Of a stretch of 64,000 bases of DNA, positions 9,239-19,520 are shown one piece after another. Where the stretch lies: NCBI GenBank assembly GCA_038245785.1, contig JBBRSB010000003.1, positions 1-64,000 on the forward strand, read 5' to 3'. The stretch's first letter is position 1. Each line of letters begins with the position of its first letter. The DNA is from Gloeobacterales cyanobacterium. GTDB lineage: Bacteria; Cyanobacteriota; Cyanobacteriia; Gloeobacterales; PMM-0068. The notes under the pieces were generated by a model. The model was not told the origin of the DNA and searched no databases. It saw nothing but the letters and a program-made list of their open reading frames with translations. The translations under genes and the position numbers were made by a program.

Positions 9239-10171
9239 TTAAGGGCGATTTTCAGGGCGGGGTATATTAGACCCTTTATCCACAACCGGGCTGCCTTCGG
9301 TCTTGATATCTAACTCTTCGCGACGCAGGGCTTCCTCTGCGTTAATCGTTTGCTGATCAACTTGCTTTCTAACGTTAACTTCTTCACGCACGAAAGCTTC
9401 CTTATGAATGTCTGGAGTCTCTTCGTAGACTTCCATACGCGCAACTTCTCCTTCCTGAAAAGCTGTATCACCTGGTGTGACTGCTGTACCTTCGCCCGTT
9501 GGAGTCGTGCGCTCAATCACGACACGCTCTTTTTCGATCGGCACAGAGACTTTGGTGGTTTCAGTCTCCACGCGCTTGCCTATCGTCACTTCACCAGTCT
9601 TGGCACGAGTTTTACTAGCGATTAGCCGCTCTTCATATAGCCGCAGATTTTGATGGGTGTCATCTTTCAAACCATACAAAGCCTGATCGTGATCATAGGA
9701 ATAATTATCACGATTCATCGGAGTGGTAGTATCCACTGCTGCTGTATTCAAGGGAGTGGTAGTATTCACCACTGCTGTATCCAGGGGAGTAGCGGTATCT
9801 AACGTTTCCGTTCCCATGGCCATCGGGCGGTACACACCGCGTACTTTCTCTTCATGCTCATAATCTACAGGCATACTGCCGTCGTACTTGGGCAATGCCT
9901 CGATTTGAGTACGGGTGAGCCCATCTACAACAATGCGGCGCTCAGTTTCTTGAATTTGAGCGCGACCAATGGGCAACAAGACCTGCTTTCCTAGAATCCA
10001 AAATCCAGTGTTGACAACTAGGTACCGAATCTTACCCGTGTCATCAACCAACAGATCATCGACGGAGCCAACCTTGTCACCATTTGCATACAGGTCGTAG
10101 CCGACAATGTCCTTGTCCTCAAAATGAGTACGGTAATCTGGATCAAATTCCTTAATTTTTTGCAGAGGCAT
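9239..10171 (-). CDS. avaK: PRC-barrel + DUF2382 protein (AvaK-like akinete/dehydration marker)
   Basis: KVGSVDDLLVD..RYLVV.TGFWILGKQVLLPIG PRC barrel; LRLYEERLIASK...GEV DUF2382. Confidence 0.85.
   Translation of the reverse strand: MPLQKIKEFDPDYRTHFEDKDIVGYDLYANGDKVGSVDDLLVDDTGKIRYLVVNTGFWILGKQVLLPIGRAQIQETERRIVVDGLTRTQIEALPKYDGSMPVDYEHEEKVRGVYRPMAMGTETLDTATPLDTAVVNTTTPLNTAAVDTTTPMNRDNYSYDHDQALYGLKDDTHQNLRLYEERLIASKTRAKTGEVTIGKRVETETTKVSVPIEKERVVIERTTPTGEGTAVTPGDTAFQEGEVARMEVYEETPDIHKEAFVREEVNVRKQVDQQTINAEEALRREELDIKTEGSPVVDKGSNIPRPENRP
9720..9800. repeat. 33-bp tandem repeat (about 2.5 copies) inside the avaK-like linker
   Basis: GGAGTGGTAGTAT... units at 9720, 9753 and 9786 encode DTATPLDTAVV/NTTTPLNTAAV/DTTTP. 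Confidence 0.8.
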
Positions 10172-10227
10172 GTTCTTTCCTATTTCTAGCTACAGGTCAA
10201 CCTTAGAAAACGATTTAAAATCATGCC

Positions 10228-10243
10228 TCTATCTATATGATGA
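10228..10243 (-). promoter_or_regulatory. Island palindromic box upstream of the avaK-like operon
   Basis: TCATCA-TATA-GATAGA (minus), then 22 nt, then TAAGGT. Confidence 0.55.
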
Positions 10244-10329
10244 TTTGGGAGCTTTGTGAGGCTGACAGAAATTGCAAATTGTTTAAATGAATACATTTCT
10301 TAATCTTATATGATGGCAATCGCTAAACC

Positions 10330-10345
10330 TATTCATAAAGATAGA
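10330..10345 (+). promoter_or_regulatory. Island palindromic box upstream of a membrane protein gene
   Basis: TATTCA-TAAA-GATAGA; -10 ambiguous (TACTAT at 20 nt). Confidence 0.5.
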
Positions 10346-10430
10346 GGTGAAGTCTTAGGGATAAATACTATGAATGGTTCTAGAAATTGATTTTTTATGC
10401 ACGCTCATTGAAGAAAGGAGAAAACAGGTA

Positions 10431-11081
10431 ATGGAATATACAGACAGACCAGATAGACCCATGGAATACGATGCTGAACGTTCTACTGTTGCAGTAGCTG
10501 ACTACCATGACCGAGTACGTTGGGGTCCAATCTTCGCTGGGTTAGCAATTACTTTAAGCGCAGAACTGGTATTAAGTGCACTAAGTACAGCTATTGGAGC
10601 AACCAACATTGCTGGCTCAGGAGCACCGCGTTCCAATGCTGACGATGTGGGTTTGGCCGTTGGGGTCGCGTCTACCGTCAGTTTGCTGATTTCACTTTTG
10701 GTTGGCGGCTGGATAACTGCCCGCACCTGTGGACCCATGAAGAAGAGAACCGGTTTATTGAACGGAGCAATTCTCTGGGCAACTAGTTTGGTCATTAGCG
10801 CCTGGCTGCTTTCTAGCGGCGTGTCTGGGGCCTTTGGCATAGTAGCATCCAATGCCGCACCGCTGCTTAATCAGGCAGAGCAGAATGGCATCAATGTTCC
10901 TAACGTTCCTTCAAATGTCCCTAGGCCAACGGCACAGCAAACCCGTGACATTGCTGGCAATCTGTCAAAGGGTAGCTGGGCATTTGCGATTGGTTCTTTG
11001 CTGGGCTTAGGCGCAACGCTGGTTGGTGTTTCTATTGGTACTCGGGAGCCCAATATAACTCCGATACAGACAGTACGGTAA
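10431..11081 (+). CDS. Conserved multi-pass membrane protein
   Basis: DRVRWGPIFAG followed by about four hydrophobic helices; AAGGAG RBS before ATG 10431. Confidence 0.8.
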   Translation: MEYTDRPDRPMEYDAERSTVAVADYHDRVRWGPIFAGLAITLSAELVLSALSTAIGATNIAGSGAPRSNADDVGLAVGVASTVSLLISLLVGGWITARTCGPMKKRTGLLNGAILWATSLVISAWLLSSGVSGAFGIVASNAAPLLNQAEQNGINVPNVPSNVPRPTAQQTRDIAGNLSKGSWAFAIGSLLGLGATLVGVSIGTREPNITPIQTVR

Positions 11082-11277
11082 GTGATAAAGCGAGCTCATA
11101 AATCAACCGATCCAGGCAGGCAATCTCTTCTGCCTGGATTAATTTGCGTAAGTTCTCTCCTTTGAAAATAGGTAAATTGGGATTTCTTATGGATTAATTC
11201 CTATTTCCTGAAATAGCTTCCTGTGGTGAACAGATGTCTTTTTAGGATGGGGATTACAAGTTTTGACAATCATGATC

Positions 11278-11293
11278 TATTCCTCAAGATAGA
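11278..11293 (+). promoter_or_regulatory. Island palindromic box upstream of the DUF2231 gene
   Basis: TATTCC-TCAA-GATAGA, then 23 nt, then GATAAT. Confidence 0.55.
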
Positions 11294-11384
11294 TGCTTTA
11301 ATGATGCATTTTCTTGGATAATCGACGTGGTTTCTAGACTATTTAAAATAGAAAATAGCCAATCTACGAAATTAGGATGAAGCT

Positions 11385-11918
11385 ATGGCACAAACGTCTA
11401 AACAGTCTTCTGACATGTCACCTCTTATTGAAATTAACGAAGGTGAAGATAGAGATAGCGGCATTGTAAGCACGGTAGCGATTGCATCCCATCCCTTGCA
11501 TCCTCTGCTGGTTACTTTTCCGATCGCCTTTTTAGTCGGTGCTTTGGGTACGGATGTGGGATATTGGTTAACCGCTGATCCTTTCTGGGCTAGAGCATCG
11601 ATCTGGTTGATTGGATCAGGGTTTGTTGGTGGTATTGTTGCTGCACTAACTGGAATGTTAGATTTTTTGCGAATTGACCGAGTTCGGAAACGTCGTGCTG
11701 GTTGGGTGCATATGATAGGTAATGTCGCTGCTTTGTCTCTTACCTTAATTAACTGGTTAACCCGCTTGAACAATCCAAGTGATGCAGTTTTGCCTCTAGG
11801 TTTGATTCTTTCCCTTATTGTGGCATCCTTACTGGGTCTTACGGGATGGTATGGAGCGGAACTAGCTTACCGTCATAAAATTGCAGTGATTGGCACCAGT
11901 AGCCGTCAAGGAGATTAG
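11385..11918 (+). CDS. DUF2231 membrane protein
   Basis: HPLHPLLVTFPIAFL; GWVHMIGN; GWYGAELAYRH. Confidence 0.88.
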   Translation: MAQTSKQSSDMSPLIEINEGEDRDSGIVSTVAIASHPLHPLLVTFPIAFLVGALGTDVGYWLTADPFWARASIWLIGSGFVGGIVAALTGMLDFLRIDRVRKRRAGWVHMIGNVAALSLTLINWLTRLNNPSDAVLPLGLILSLIVASLLGLTGWYGAELAYRHKIAVIGTSSRQGD

Positions 11919-11944
11919 CGACAGCTACTTTAAAGACGGCAGTA

Positions 11945-11986
11945 AAAAGAAGAGACCCTGTCTGTTAAGACAGGGTCTCTTCTTTT
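11945..11986. terminator. Bidirectional intrinsic terminator
   Basis: AAAAGAAGAGACCCTGTCT-GTTA-AGACAGGGTCTCTTCTTTT between convergent genes. Confidence 0.85.
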
Positions 11987-13154
11987 ATGGTTTCAGCACT
12001 ACTTTGATGCAGTTTTCCTTTTTGTGCTTAAAGATTTCGTAGGCATGGGGTGCATCATCTAGTTTTAACTGATGCGTGATCACGAAAGAAGGATCGATAT
12101 CTCCTTTTTGAATATGCTCCAACAGTGGATTTAAATAGCGATGAACATGGGTTTGTCCCATTTTGATGTTTAGACCCTTGTTAAAGGCAGCACCCATCGG
12201 CACCTTGTCTATAAACCCGCCGTAAACACCTGCCAGCGAAACATTTCCCCCTTTACGACATGCTACAAGGACTTGCCGGAGTGCAGTAGGACGATCGCTT
12301 TCCAATTTCACCGTTTGTGCCACCCTGTCATACAAAGCGTCCATTCCTGTACCATGCGCTTCCATACCCACTGCGTCAATCACAGCATCAGGGCCCCGTC
12401 CACCTGTCATTTCCTTGACCGCTTCCCCGGCGTCGACCTCTTCATAGTTAATGAGTTCTGCCCCACCCCACTCTTTAGCCATCTGCAGGCGCTCAGGAAC
12501 CCGATCGATGGCAATCACTCGCTCGGCACCCAATAAGTAAGCGCTTTTAATCGCAAACTGCCCCACAGGACCGCATCCCCAAACTGCTACCGTATCGCCC
12601 TGCTGAATATTGCAGTTCTCTGCTGCCATATATCCAGTTGGAAAAATATCGGTTAGAAAGAGAACCTGTTCATCAGCCAGCCCATCAGGAACTTTTAAAG
12701 GTCCAACATCGGCAAAAGGAACGCGCACGTATTCAGCTTGTCCGCCCGCATATCCACCAAACAAATGAGAATAGCCAAATAAAGCGGCGGGAGAGTGACC
12801 CATTAATTTCTCTACCATCCAGGCATTGGGGTTGCTATTGTCACATAATGACCATAGATCGCGATTACAAAAGAAACAGCCTCCGCAAGCAATGGCGAAG
12901 GGGACAACGACACGATCGCCTATCTGCAAGTTTTTAACCCCTGCTCCTAGCTCTACCACTTCCCCCATGAATTCGTGACCCAAAATATCGCCCGATTTCA
13001 TCGTGGGAATGTAGCCATTGTAGATATGCAGATCTGAACCACAAATCGCCGTAGAGGTTACTTTGATAATCGCATCCCGTGGATTGAGAATTTTTGGATC
13101 AGGGACTGTGTCAACGCGTACATCATTGGTACCATGCCAGCAAAGAGCCTTCAT
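11985..13154 (-). CDS. Zinc-dependent alcohol/formaldehyde dehydrogenase (MDR family)
   Basis: ICGSDLH, GHEFMG, CGGCFFC..C zinc ligands, GCGPVG. Confidence 0.92.
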   Translation of the reverse strand: MKALCWHGTNDVRVDTVPDPKILNPRDAIIKVTSTAICGSDLHIYNGYIPTMKSGDILGHEFMGEVVELGAGVKNLQIGDRVVVPFAIACGGCFFCNRDLWSLCDNSNPNAWMVEKLMGHSPAALFGYSHLFGGYAGGQAEYVRVPFADVGPLKVPDGLADEQVLFLTDIFPTGYMAAENCNIQQGDTVAVWGCGPVGQFAIKSAYLLGAERVIAIDRVPERLQMAKEWGGAELINYEEVDAGEAVKEMTGGRGPDAVIDAVGMEAHGTGMDALYDRVAQTVKLESDRPTALRQVLVACRKGGNVSLAGVYGGFIDKVPMGAAFNKGLNIKMGQTHVHRYLNPLLEHIQKGDIDPSFVITHQLKLDDAPHAYEIFKHKKENCIKVVLKP

Positions 13155-13210
13155 GAATTGTTTTCCTCGCAGTAATAAATGAACGTAGAAGATTAGGTAT
13201 TGCCATCTGA

Positions 13211-13951
13211 TTAAGCGGTGCTTCCCTCTCGGCCACGTCCTGAAGACTGACCTTCCGTAGTTGCTATTTCACCCGCTTCCATCAATTGTTTAAAGCGTCG
13301 CAAATCATCGCCCAGTTGCTGTTCAGGTTCTTCCCCAAACAGTTTGGCAAATGCTGCTCCCACAATGCCACCAGGCGGATTGTATTCCAATACCACTTTG
13401 ACCTCTGTTCCCCGTCCAGGAGGAGCTGCTTGGAAACGAACAAAGCCAGAGTTGTCAATTTCAGCATCTGCAACTGAATTCCAGGCAATCAATTTTTTAT
13501 CTGGATCATCGATTACGATTTCTGCATCCCATTCAACAGTGGTATTTGCAGGTGCATTTACAACCCAGTGCGAAAGCTTTTCATCGATTACCGCAACCGA
13601 CTTTAAATGTTTCATAAAAGAAGGCAAGTTCTCGAAGTTGTGCCAAAACTGATATAGTTCTTCTGGCGATTTGTTGAAAATTGATACTGATTTTTCAACT
13701 TTTATACTTTGAGAAGCTCCTACTGCCTCGGTAACAGTTTCTGTAATACTCTTCTTTGCCGTTGCCCCGTGATAGAGCAAACTGCCACCCGTCAGTGCAG
13801 TCAATACACCCCGTAAAGAACCCTGCCGCAATCCCATTAAGATGAGCGCCCCTCCTCCAAGTAAGGATGTCCAACGTTCAGCATCACTGAGCTTCCCTTC
13901 TGATTCTTCTGATTTGTCCGATGGATTTTTTGGATTTGTAATCTCTTCCAT
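13211..13951 (-). CDS. SRPBCC (cyclase/dehydrase-like) protein with an N-terminal membrane segment
   Basis: [44 protein letters not shown]. Confidence 0.88.
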   Translation of the reverse strand: MEEITNPKNPSDKSEESEGKLSDAERWTSLLGGGALILMGLRQGSLRGVLTALTGGSLLYHGATAKKSITETVTEAVGASQSIKVEKSVSIFNKSPEELYQFWHNFENLPSFMKHLKSVAVIDEKLSHWVVNAPANTTVEWDAEIVIDDPDKKLIAWNSVADAEIDNSGFVRFQAAPPGRGTEVKVVLEYNPPGGIVGAAFAKLFGEEPEQQLGDDLRRFKQLMEAGEIATTEGQSSGRGREGSTA

Positions 13952-13986
13952 GAATCACTCCTGTGCTTGGTAAGCACGAGATAAAT

Positions 13987-15006
13987 CTAAGTTTGCTTGT
14001 CGTTTTTGAGCGCGTGTAAAGCTAATAGGCCTAGCCCTGCCACACCTAAAACTGCTGCTGTGCTACCGCCAGGCAAATGGCGATCAATCCAGTCAGTTAT
14101 GCTGGGAACGGTTAGCTGGCGGAAGTCTCCCTCTACCCTGTCGTACTCTGGTGCTGGCTCGTAAAGATTATTAGATGCATCTTCTGTCTTCTGTTCATTC
14201 GTTTTCTGCCCCTGAAATCCGATTTTCATTAATAGATAATCGATTAGCTCGGGAGAAAGCCGCTGCAATATATCTAGAACCTTACCCACATCACCCACAA
14301 TGAAATCACGAGTTGGATGCTCAGATACATAAAGAATGGCCTCTGCAACCAGACTAGGCTGATAGTAAGGTGGGATTCCTGTAGGTTTAACGCCTAGCTT
14401 GGTTTTGCCTTTGTTATAGAAGGGCGTGTTGATGACAGAGGGTTTAATACTGGTGACACTAATTGGAACTCCCTCATGTTTTAGCTCAACGCGCAGAGAT
14501 TCTAAAAAGCCTTCAATGCCATGTTTTGCAGATGAATAAGCGCTTTGGAAGGGCAACGCCCTTCTACCTTCCATCGAAGAAACATGAATGAGTGCCCCAC
14601 GTCCTTCTCGCCTTAAGTGTGGCAAAGCTACCATTGCACCGTAAACTTGTCCCATCAAAGTAACATCAATGACACGCTTAAACTCTTGTGGAGTCAAGTG
14701 CTCAAATGTCGAGAAAACAGCCGTTGCCGAGGAATGTACCCAGGTGTCAATTCGCCCATAAACAGCGATCGCTTTGTCAGCAATAGTCTGTACTTGCTCG
14801 AACTCAGAAACATCAGCAACTACTGAAGTAACATCCGCTCCAATCTGGCGAATCTCTTCCTCTAAAGATGAAAGCCCGGATTCACTACGCGCTGAAATTA
14901 CTAACTTTGCACCTTTCTTAGCGAATCGCAAAGCTGTTTCTCGCCCGATTCCGCTAGAAGCACCAACAATAACAACAATCTGATTGGCGATTTGCTTAAG
15001 CTGCAT
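13987..15006 (-). CDS. Short-chain dehydrogenase/reductase
   Basis: GASSGIG; YSSAK catalytic motif. Confidence 0.92.
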   Translation of the reverse strand: MQLKQIANQIVVIVGASSGIGRETALRFAKKGAKLVISARSESGLSSLEEEIRQIGADVTSVVADVSEFEQVQTIADKAIAVYGRIDTWVHSSATAVFSTFEHLTPQEFKRVIDVTLMGQVYGAMVALPHLRREGRGALIHVSSMEGRRALPFQSAYSSAKHGIEGFLESLRVELKHEGVPISVTSIKPSVINTPFYNKGKTKLGVKPTGIPPYYQPSLVAEAILYVSEHPTRDFIVGDVGKVLDILQRLSPELIDYLLMKIGFQGQKTNEQKTEDASNNLYEPAPEYDRVEGDFRQLTVPSITDWIDRHLPGGSTAAVLGVAGLGLLALHALKNDKQT

Positions 15007-15237
15007 TACATTTCCTAATTATTGAAAAATTCTGAAAGGTTTAATCTCAATTGAGCTGCACTGAGCAAAGTAAGCAAATTCTGGAACACATCAAAGTTTT
15101 TTAAGCTCAAGATTAGGATTATTTGAGCAATTACTAGATTGCTCATTTCTTCCAACAAATTGAGTTATAGTTTTCACCTATTTGTGATTCAAATATAGAT
15201 TACTTGTATATCTTAAAAATATTTGTACAATGAAGCA

Positions 15238-15253
15238 TCTCGCTTAAGACATA
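15238..15253 (-). promoter_or_regulatory. Island palindromic box upstream of the SDR-SRPBCC-ADH operon
   Basis: TATGTC-TTAA-GCGAGA (minus), then 22 nt, then TAAGAT. Confidence 0.55.
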
Positions 15254-15278
15254 GAATATCTACAGATATGTAAATCTA

Positions 15279-15878
15279 TCAATTTTTGTTGATGGCACGA
15301 CCTGGGCTAATCAATGAAATACCCTGCCCCGAAGATGTCCCAATCATGATCGCTTCGACAATAGGTTCGTCTACACCTTTTTTTGTTTTCCACTCTACGA
15401 TAAAGTTAGCTCCCGAACCACCGCTCGTGTCTTCATCCTGCACAAAAAATTCAGCCGTTGCCATCGGAGGAATTTGCAAACTATTCTTGGAGTATTTTTT
15501 GACTAAACGGCCTTTTGTATCGTAGTAACGAACTGATTTTACTAGAATTGAATCAGTGAGGCTGGTATTGCGAATACTGAGCGTAATGGCTAAAAGGTAT
15601 TCCTGTCCGCTGCGGTAATACACATGGGAATAGGCAGGCACATAGATAGTTTGTCCTATCTCCGCTGCCGTTCCGGCGGGTTGGGGCGAAGGAGAGAGTT
15701 CTTCACCAGGAAATGTCGGTGGTAGTCGCGTCAATTCCTCTACCTGTGGCGGCTTATCGGATGCAGGTGTTTGCTCTTTCTGCTGCGCTGTACAGGAACC
15801 AAGCAACCCTGCCGCAATTGATGAAAAAAGGACCCGAATAATCGAGTCTCTTGTTGTCATAAATGTCTCTGGTAACAT
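15279..15878 (-). CDS. DUF3124 domain lipoprotein
   Basis: Lipobox LGSC; GQTIYVPAYSHVY; LSIRNT; GGSGANFIVEW; start may be 15860. Confidence 0.85.
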   Translation of the reverse strand: MLPETFMTTRDSIIRVLFSSIAAGLLGSCTAQQKEQTPASDKPPQVEELTRLPPTFPGEELSPSPQPAGTAAEIGQTIYVPAYSHVYYRSGQEYLLAITLSIRNTSLTDSILVKSVRYYDTKGRLVKKYSKNSLQIPPMATAEFFVQDEDTSGGSGANFIVEWKTKKGVDEPIVEAIMIGTSSGQGISLISPGRAINKN

Positions 15879-16081
15879 TTTCCTGCCTTCAACCCTCAGC
15901 GATTCTAACGGACTCGCGTTTAATGGGCCTGATCAAGACGTTTTCCTAGAGACTTGGTATTCTAAGTAGGTGGGCTTAGTTAACATGAAAGTAACCCCCG
16001 GCTATAGCCGTCCCCCACCCTCCGGTAAGGCTGCGCCTAGTGTCAAGGGATACTACAGGGGGTCTTATAATACTTATGCCC

Positions 16082-16525
16082 TTACTTATCCGTGAAAAAC
16101 TTACGAACCATATAGCTGGAGCCTTCCCGCAGGACATTCATCGCTACGCTGGTAAGTACTGTTGCGAACACAGTATTCTTGCCAGTCTCCTCAATGAGTT
16201 CCTTCTCGCGTTTTGGGCTCTCTAGGCTGTCTTGATTCTTGCTACCGCTACGTGCACTTTTTGTTCCAGACGGTGAAGGTAGTGCAGAGCCAACGATGAA
16301 GCCAGCCGCTGTAGCAATCGTCACGCTAGCCAAAGGGTGCCTATCGACCCATAGCTTCCAGTCTAGGTTAGAACGCACCTGCTGCTGAATTTGAGTAGTG
16401 GTAGCAGCGATTTGCTGGCGCGTACGCCGAATTTCTTCCTCGGCGGGGAGGCGCTGCTCAAGCACTTCTGCCTCGTTTTTCTGTGTCCCATTCTGATTAA
16501 CAGGAACTATCTGCGCGTTAGCCAT
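16082..16525 (-). CDS. DUF3618/YqjK-like membrane-anchored protein
   Basis: EEIRRTRQQIAAT coiled coil followed by HPLASVTIATAAGFIVG. Confidence 0.7.
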   Translation of the reverse strand: MANAQIVPVNQNGTQKNEAEVLEQRLPAEEEIRRTRQQIAATTTQIQQQVRSNLDWKLWVDRHPLASVTIATAAGFIVGSALPSPSGTKSARSGSKNQDSLESPKREKELIEETGKNTVFATVLTSVAMNVLREGSSYMVRKFFTDK

Positions 16526-16887
16526 AGAACGGTCTCCTTCGTATTCAATGCGGTGCGATCCACTGGGTTAATCTTGCCTAGGCGTTTCAAGGAGAAGAAG
16601 GCCAGTAAACTGCCTCCACCAATCAATCCCACGGCTACGGCAAAAGCGGCTGCCCAGGAAGGCAACCATACTTTCAGCACTTCCATGAGCGTAATCCCAA
16701 TGAAAACTAGCCCTAAAAGAGCCATTACTACGCCTGTGACAATGCCGACCGATTGGGCGGCCATGCGTTTGCCATCAGCAGTCAGTTCCTCCCGCACCAA
16801 ACGTAAGTGTGCGGACAGCAACTCTTCTATCTGAAGAACCAACTGCGCTAGCAAGTCACCCAGATTCGCCTGAGAAGATTGCGGCAT
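16507..16887 (-). CDS. YqjE/'phage holin family' membrane protein
   Basis: LGDLLAQL..HLRLVREEL followed by two TM helices; ElaB-YqjE-YqjK operon layout. Confidence 0.78.
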   Translation of the reverse strand: MPQSSQANLGDLLAQLVLQIEELLSAHLRLVREELTADGKRMAAQSVGIVTGVVMALLGLVFIGITLMEVLKVWLPSWAAAFAVAVGLIGGGSLLAFFSLKRLGKINPVDRTALNTKETVLWLTRR

Positions 16888-16892
16888 GCTCT

Positions 16893-17237
16893 CTACCTCT
16901 TCAGTAACTGAGAGATCACAAAGCCAGCACCAAAAGCAATACTCATGCTTAGCAAGGGTTGTTTACGAACTGCTTGGTCTATCTGTTCGCCAAGTTGTTC
17001 TGCACTAGTGGACTGCAAGGTGTCTGCACCACGGCGCACCTGTTCTGCAACCTTTTGAGCTGTCCGGTCAACAGATTCGCTGCTACCGTGACCCGTGCTT
17101 TCAATCTTTTCTGCCAGTTGATTCAACTTCTCAGAAGTCCCTTCAAGAGCATGATCAATTTGCCCAGTGATTTTTTCCTGCATCTCATGCTGCTGTGAGC
17201 TTGTGGAATTTTCGGCAGCATCTTGGGAGTACACCAT
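16893..17237 (-). CDS. ElaB/YqjD-like tail-anchored stress protein
   Basis: Hydrophilic helical body with a C-terminal VRKQPLLSMSIAFGAGFVISQLLKR anchor; AAGGAG RBS. Confidence 0.8.
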   Translation of the reverse strand: MVYSQDAAENSTSSQQHEMQEKITGQIDHALEGTSEKLNQLAEKIESTGHGSSESVDRTAQKVAEQVRRGADTLQSTSAEQLGEQIDQAVRKQPLLSMSIAFGAGFVISQLLKR

Positions 17238-17366
17238 AATTTGCTCCTTTGTATCGTTCTCGTTTTGGAATGCCTAGCGACGTTTCCGTAAGGTACGCTC
17301 ATGCCGCCCACACATTCCAACGGTTTTATCTCACCAACAATGTAGTAGATTGCATTTACTAAAACA

Positions 17367-17382
17367 TCTACCAAAGGAAGGA
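17367..17382 (-). promoter_or_regulatory. Island palindromic box upstream of the elaB-like operon
   Basis: TCCTTC-CTTT-GGTAGA (minus), then 22 nt, then TACATT. Confidence 0.6.
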
Positions 17383-17476
17383 TCTGGCGTTTTAATTGTA
17401 TTAGCCAGTTTAATCGTATATTTCAACCATAATTAGCATCTGACTACTGAGAGCTCACCTAAATGTCTATGCAAAA

Positions 17477-17492
17477 CTTGTCTTTAGACAGA
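17477..17492 (+). promoter_or_regulatory. Island palindromic box upstream of the CHASE3 kinase
   Basis: CTTGTC-TTTA-GACAGA, then 22 nt, then TAAGAT (17515-17520). Confidence 0.55.
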
Positions 17493-17592
17493 TGTCTATG
17501 CTAATGGTGAGCCTTAAGATATCCATGGATCTCATTCTTCTCAATGCTTCCTATGGTGTAGTAGCCAGAGCTGGAGTACTTGGCAACTAAAT

Positions 17593-19461
17593 ATGTTTCG
17601 ACCAGTTCGCACCCGTTTAAAAGTGTCATTCCCCGCACAAGAGCAGGGCTTTGGTAGGCTATTTACGGTTGCCTTAATCTGGCCGCTCGTGCTAATGGCC
17701 GCACTTGCAGGCTTGTTAACTTGGCAGGTAAAGTTCCTCCTTGCCGAGGCCCAGGCTCTTAATGATGCGAATCAGTTGATTTTGAAGTTCTCCCTTACCC
17801 AAAAGCTTTTCATTGATTTAGAAACAGGAGTGCGTGGCTATCAAATCACGGGTAACCAAGATTTTCTGCAACCCTATCAAGAAGCACAGCAGCTCATTAC
17901 TCCGACCCTTGAGGAGTTGGATCGGCAAATCGGGGATAGCACTCCCTTAGAAAAGGCTCAGGTGGCGAACATTCGCAGTGAGTATAAAAAGTGGCAGAGC
18001 TTTGTACAGAAGGCCCTTCTCGTAAAGAATAAACTAAATAATGCTCGAATTCTTGCGCTTAACCTCCAGGGCAAGCAACAAATGGACCTTATTCGTTCCT
18101 CCATCGCGAAAATGGAAGAACGTGTGCTTGCTCAACGCGCCCAGCGCAATCAGAATATAGAACAGAAAGTTCCTGTTAGCTTAACGATCATCATTGGCAC
18201 CTTTCTGACAGGGGCTGGGCTCTTGGCCATCCTCTCACGCAACCAGTTGCGCTACCTTTCTCAAAAGTATGAAGACTCTCTCGCCTCCGTCCGTGAGCAG
18301 ACAGAGGCTCTAGAGGATGGGGAAATTCGCTATCGCTCCCTAGTAGAAGCTGTTTCTGAGATTGTCTGGAGTACTGATATAGATGGCCAAGTAGTCACTG
18401 AACTGCCCGACTGGGGTGCCTTCACGGGCCAGAGGTTCGATGAGTATAAAGGGTGGGGCTGGCTGAATGCTATCCACCCTGAAGATAAGGAGCGCACTGC
18501 TATCGCTTGGACTGAATCAGTCCGTGAGCGTAGGCTTCATGCTGATGAGCATCGCTTGCGCCGCTTCGACGGCATTTATCGTTATATGCGGATACGGGGT
18601 GTACCGCTCATCGGAGAGGACGGCGCAGTGCGCGAGTGGGTAGGCATTCACACGGACATCGATGAACGCAAGCGTGCCGAAGAGGCGCTTGTTCAAAGAG
18701 CGGAAGAACAAGTACGGCTCTCTAAAAATTTAAGTGCCACTGCTGTCCGCTTGGAGGAACGCAATCGGGAACTGGAGCAGTTCAACTACGTTGTCTCCCA
18801 TGACCTGAAAGCACCACTGCGGGCGATTGGTAGTCTCTCCGAATGGATCGAAGAAGACCTGCAATACCAATTGAGCGATGAATCTCGACGCAATATGAAC
18901 TTGTTGCGCGCGCGCGTGTATCGGTTAGAAGCCCTGATCAATGGGCTGCTGCAGTACTCCCGTCTAGGCCAGACCAAAATGAGCTTCGGGCTTGTCCCGG
19001 TCGCTGAATTGCTAACGCAAGTAATCGACCGTTTCGGCCCGCCATCTGGCTTTACGGTTACAGTCGAGCCATCCATGCCTGTGCTGAACACAGACCGGAT
19101 GTTGCTGGGGCAAGTCTTTACAAGCCTGATTGACAATGCCATCACCCATCACGATCGTCTCGAAGGCCAAGTGAAGATCACCGTTTCGGATGAGGAGAAT
19201 TTCTACAAGTTTGCTGTTAGTGACGACGGACCTGGAATTGACGAGCGCTTTTATGAAAAGATATTTTCGATTTTTCAAACGCTGGAGCCCCGTGACAAAC
19301 GTGAAAGTACGGGTATCGGTCTGGCCCTGGTCAAACGGATCATCGAAAGACAGGGCGGCCAAAGTTGGGTAGTGTCGCAGCTCGGAGAAGGCAGCACCTT
19401 TTATTTCACCTGGCCTAAAAATGCGCCAAGATCAGAAGACACTCTCCTCGGCAATCGTTGA
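17593..19461 (+). CDS. CHASE3-PAS sensor histidine kinase
   Basis: TM, then DLETGVRGYQITGNQDFLQPY (CHASE3), TM; PAS GWGWLNAIHPED; SHDLKAPLRAI; DDGPGI and GIGL. Confidence 0.92.
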   Translation: MFRPVRTRLKVSFPAQEQGFGRLFTVALIWPLVLMAALAGLLTWQVKFLLAEAQALNDANQLILKFSLTQKLFIDLETGVRGYQITGNQDFLQPYQEAQQLITPTLEELDRQIGDSTPLEKAQVANIRSEYKKWQSFVQKALLVKNKLNNARILALNLQGKQQMDLIRSSIAKMEERVLAQRAQRNQNIEQKVPVSLTIIIGTFLTGAGLLAILSRNQLRYLSQKYEDSLASVREQTEALEDGEIRYRSLVEAVSEIVWSTDIDGQVVTELPDWGAFTGQRFDEYKGWGWLNAIHPEDKERTAIAWTESVRERRLHADEHRLRRFDGIYRYMRIRGVPLIGEDGAVREWVGIHTDIDERKRAEEALVQRAEEQVRLSKNLSATAVRLEERNRELEQFNYVVSHDLKAPLRAIGSLSEWIEEDLQYQLSDESRRNMNLLRARVYRLEALINGLLQYSRLGQTKMSFGLVPVAELLTQVIDRFGPPSGFTVTVEPSMPVLNTDRMLLGQVFTSLIDNAITHHDRLEGQVKITVSDEENFYKFAVSDDGPGIDERFYEKIFSIFQTLEPRDKRESTGIGLALVKRIIERQGGQSWVVSQLGEGSTFYFTWPKNAPRSEDTLLGNR

Positions 19462-19520
19462 CCTGGGATAGAATCTGACTAGGATTATGGGCCAAAATCT
19501 CTTTTTAAGAAAATGAGCAT

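Noticed and set aside
16507..16887. 'Phage holin family' gene as evidence of a prophage
   Set aside because: It lies in an ElaB/YqjE/YqjK-like stress operon; no phage structural, lysin or integrase genes are nearby
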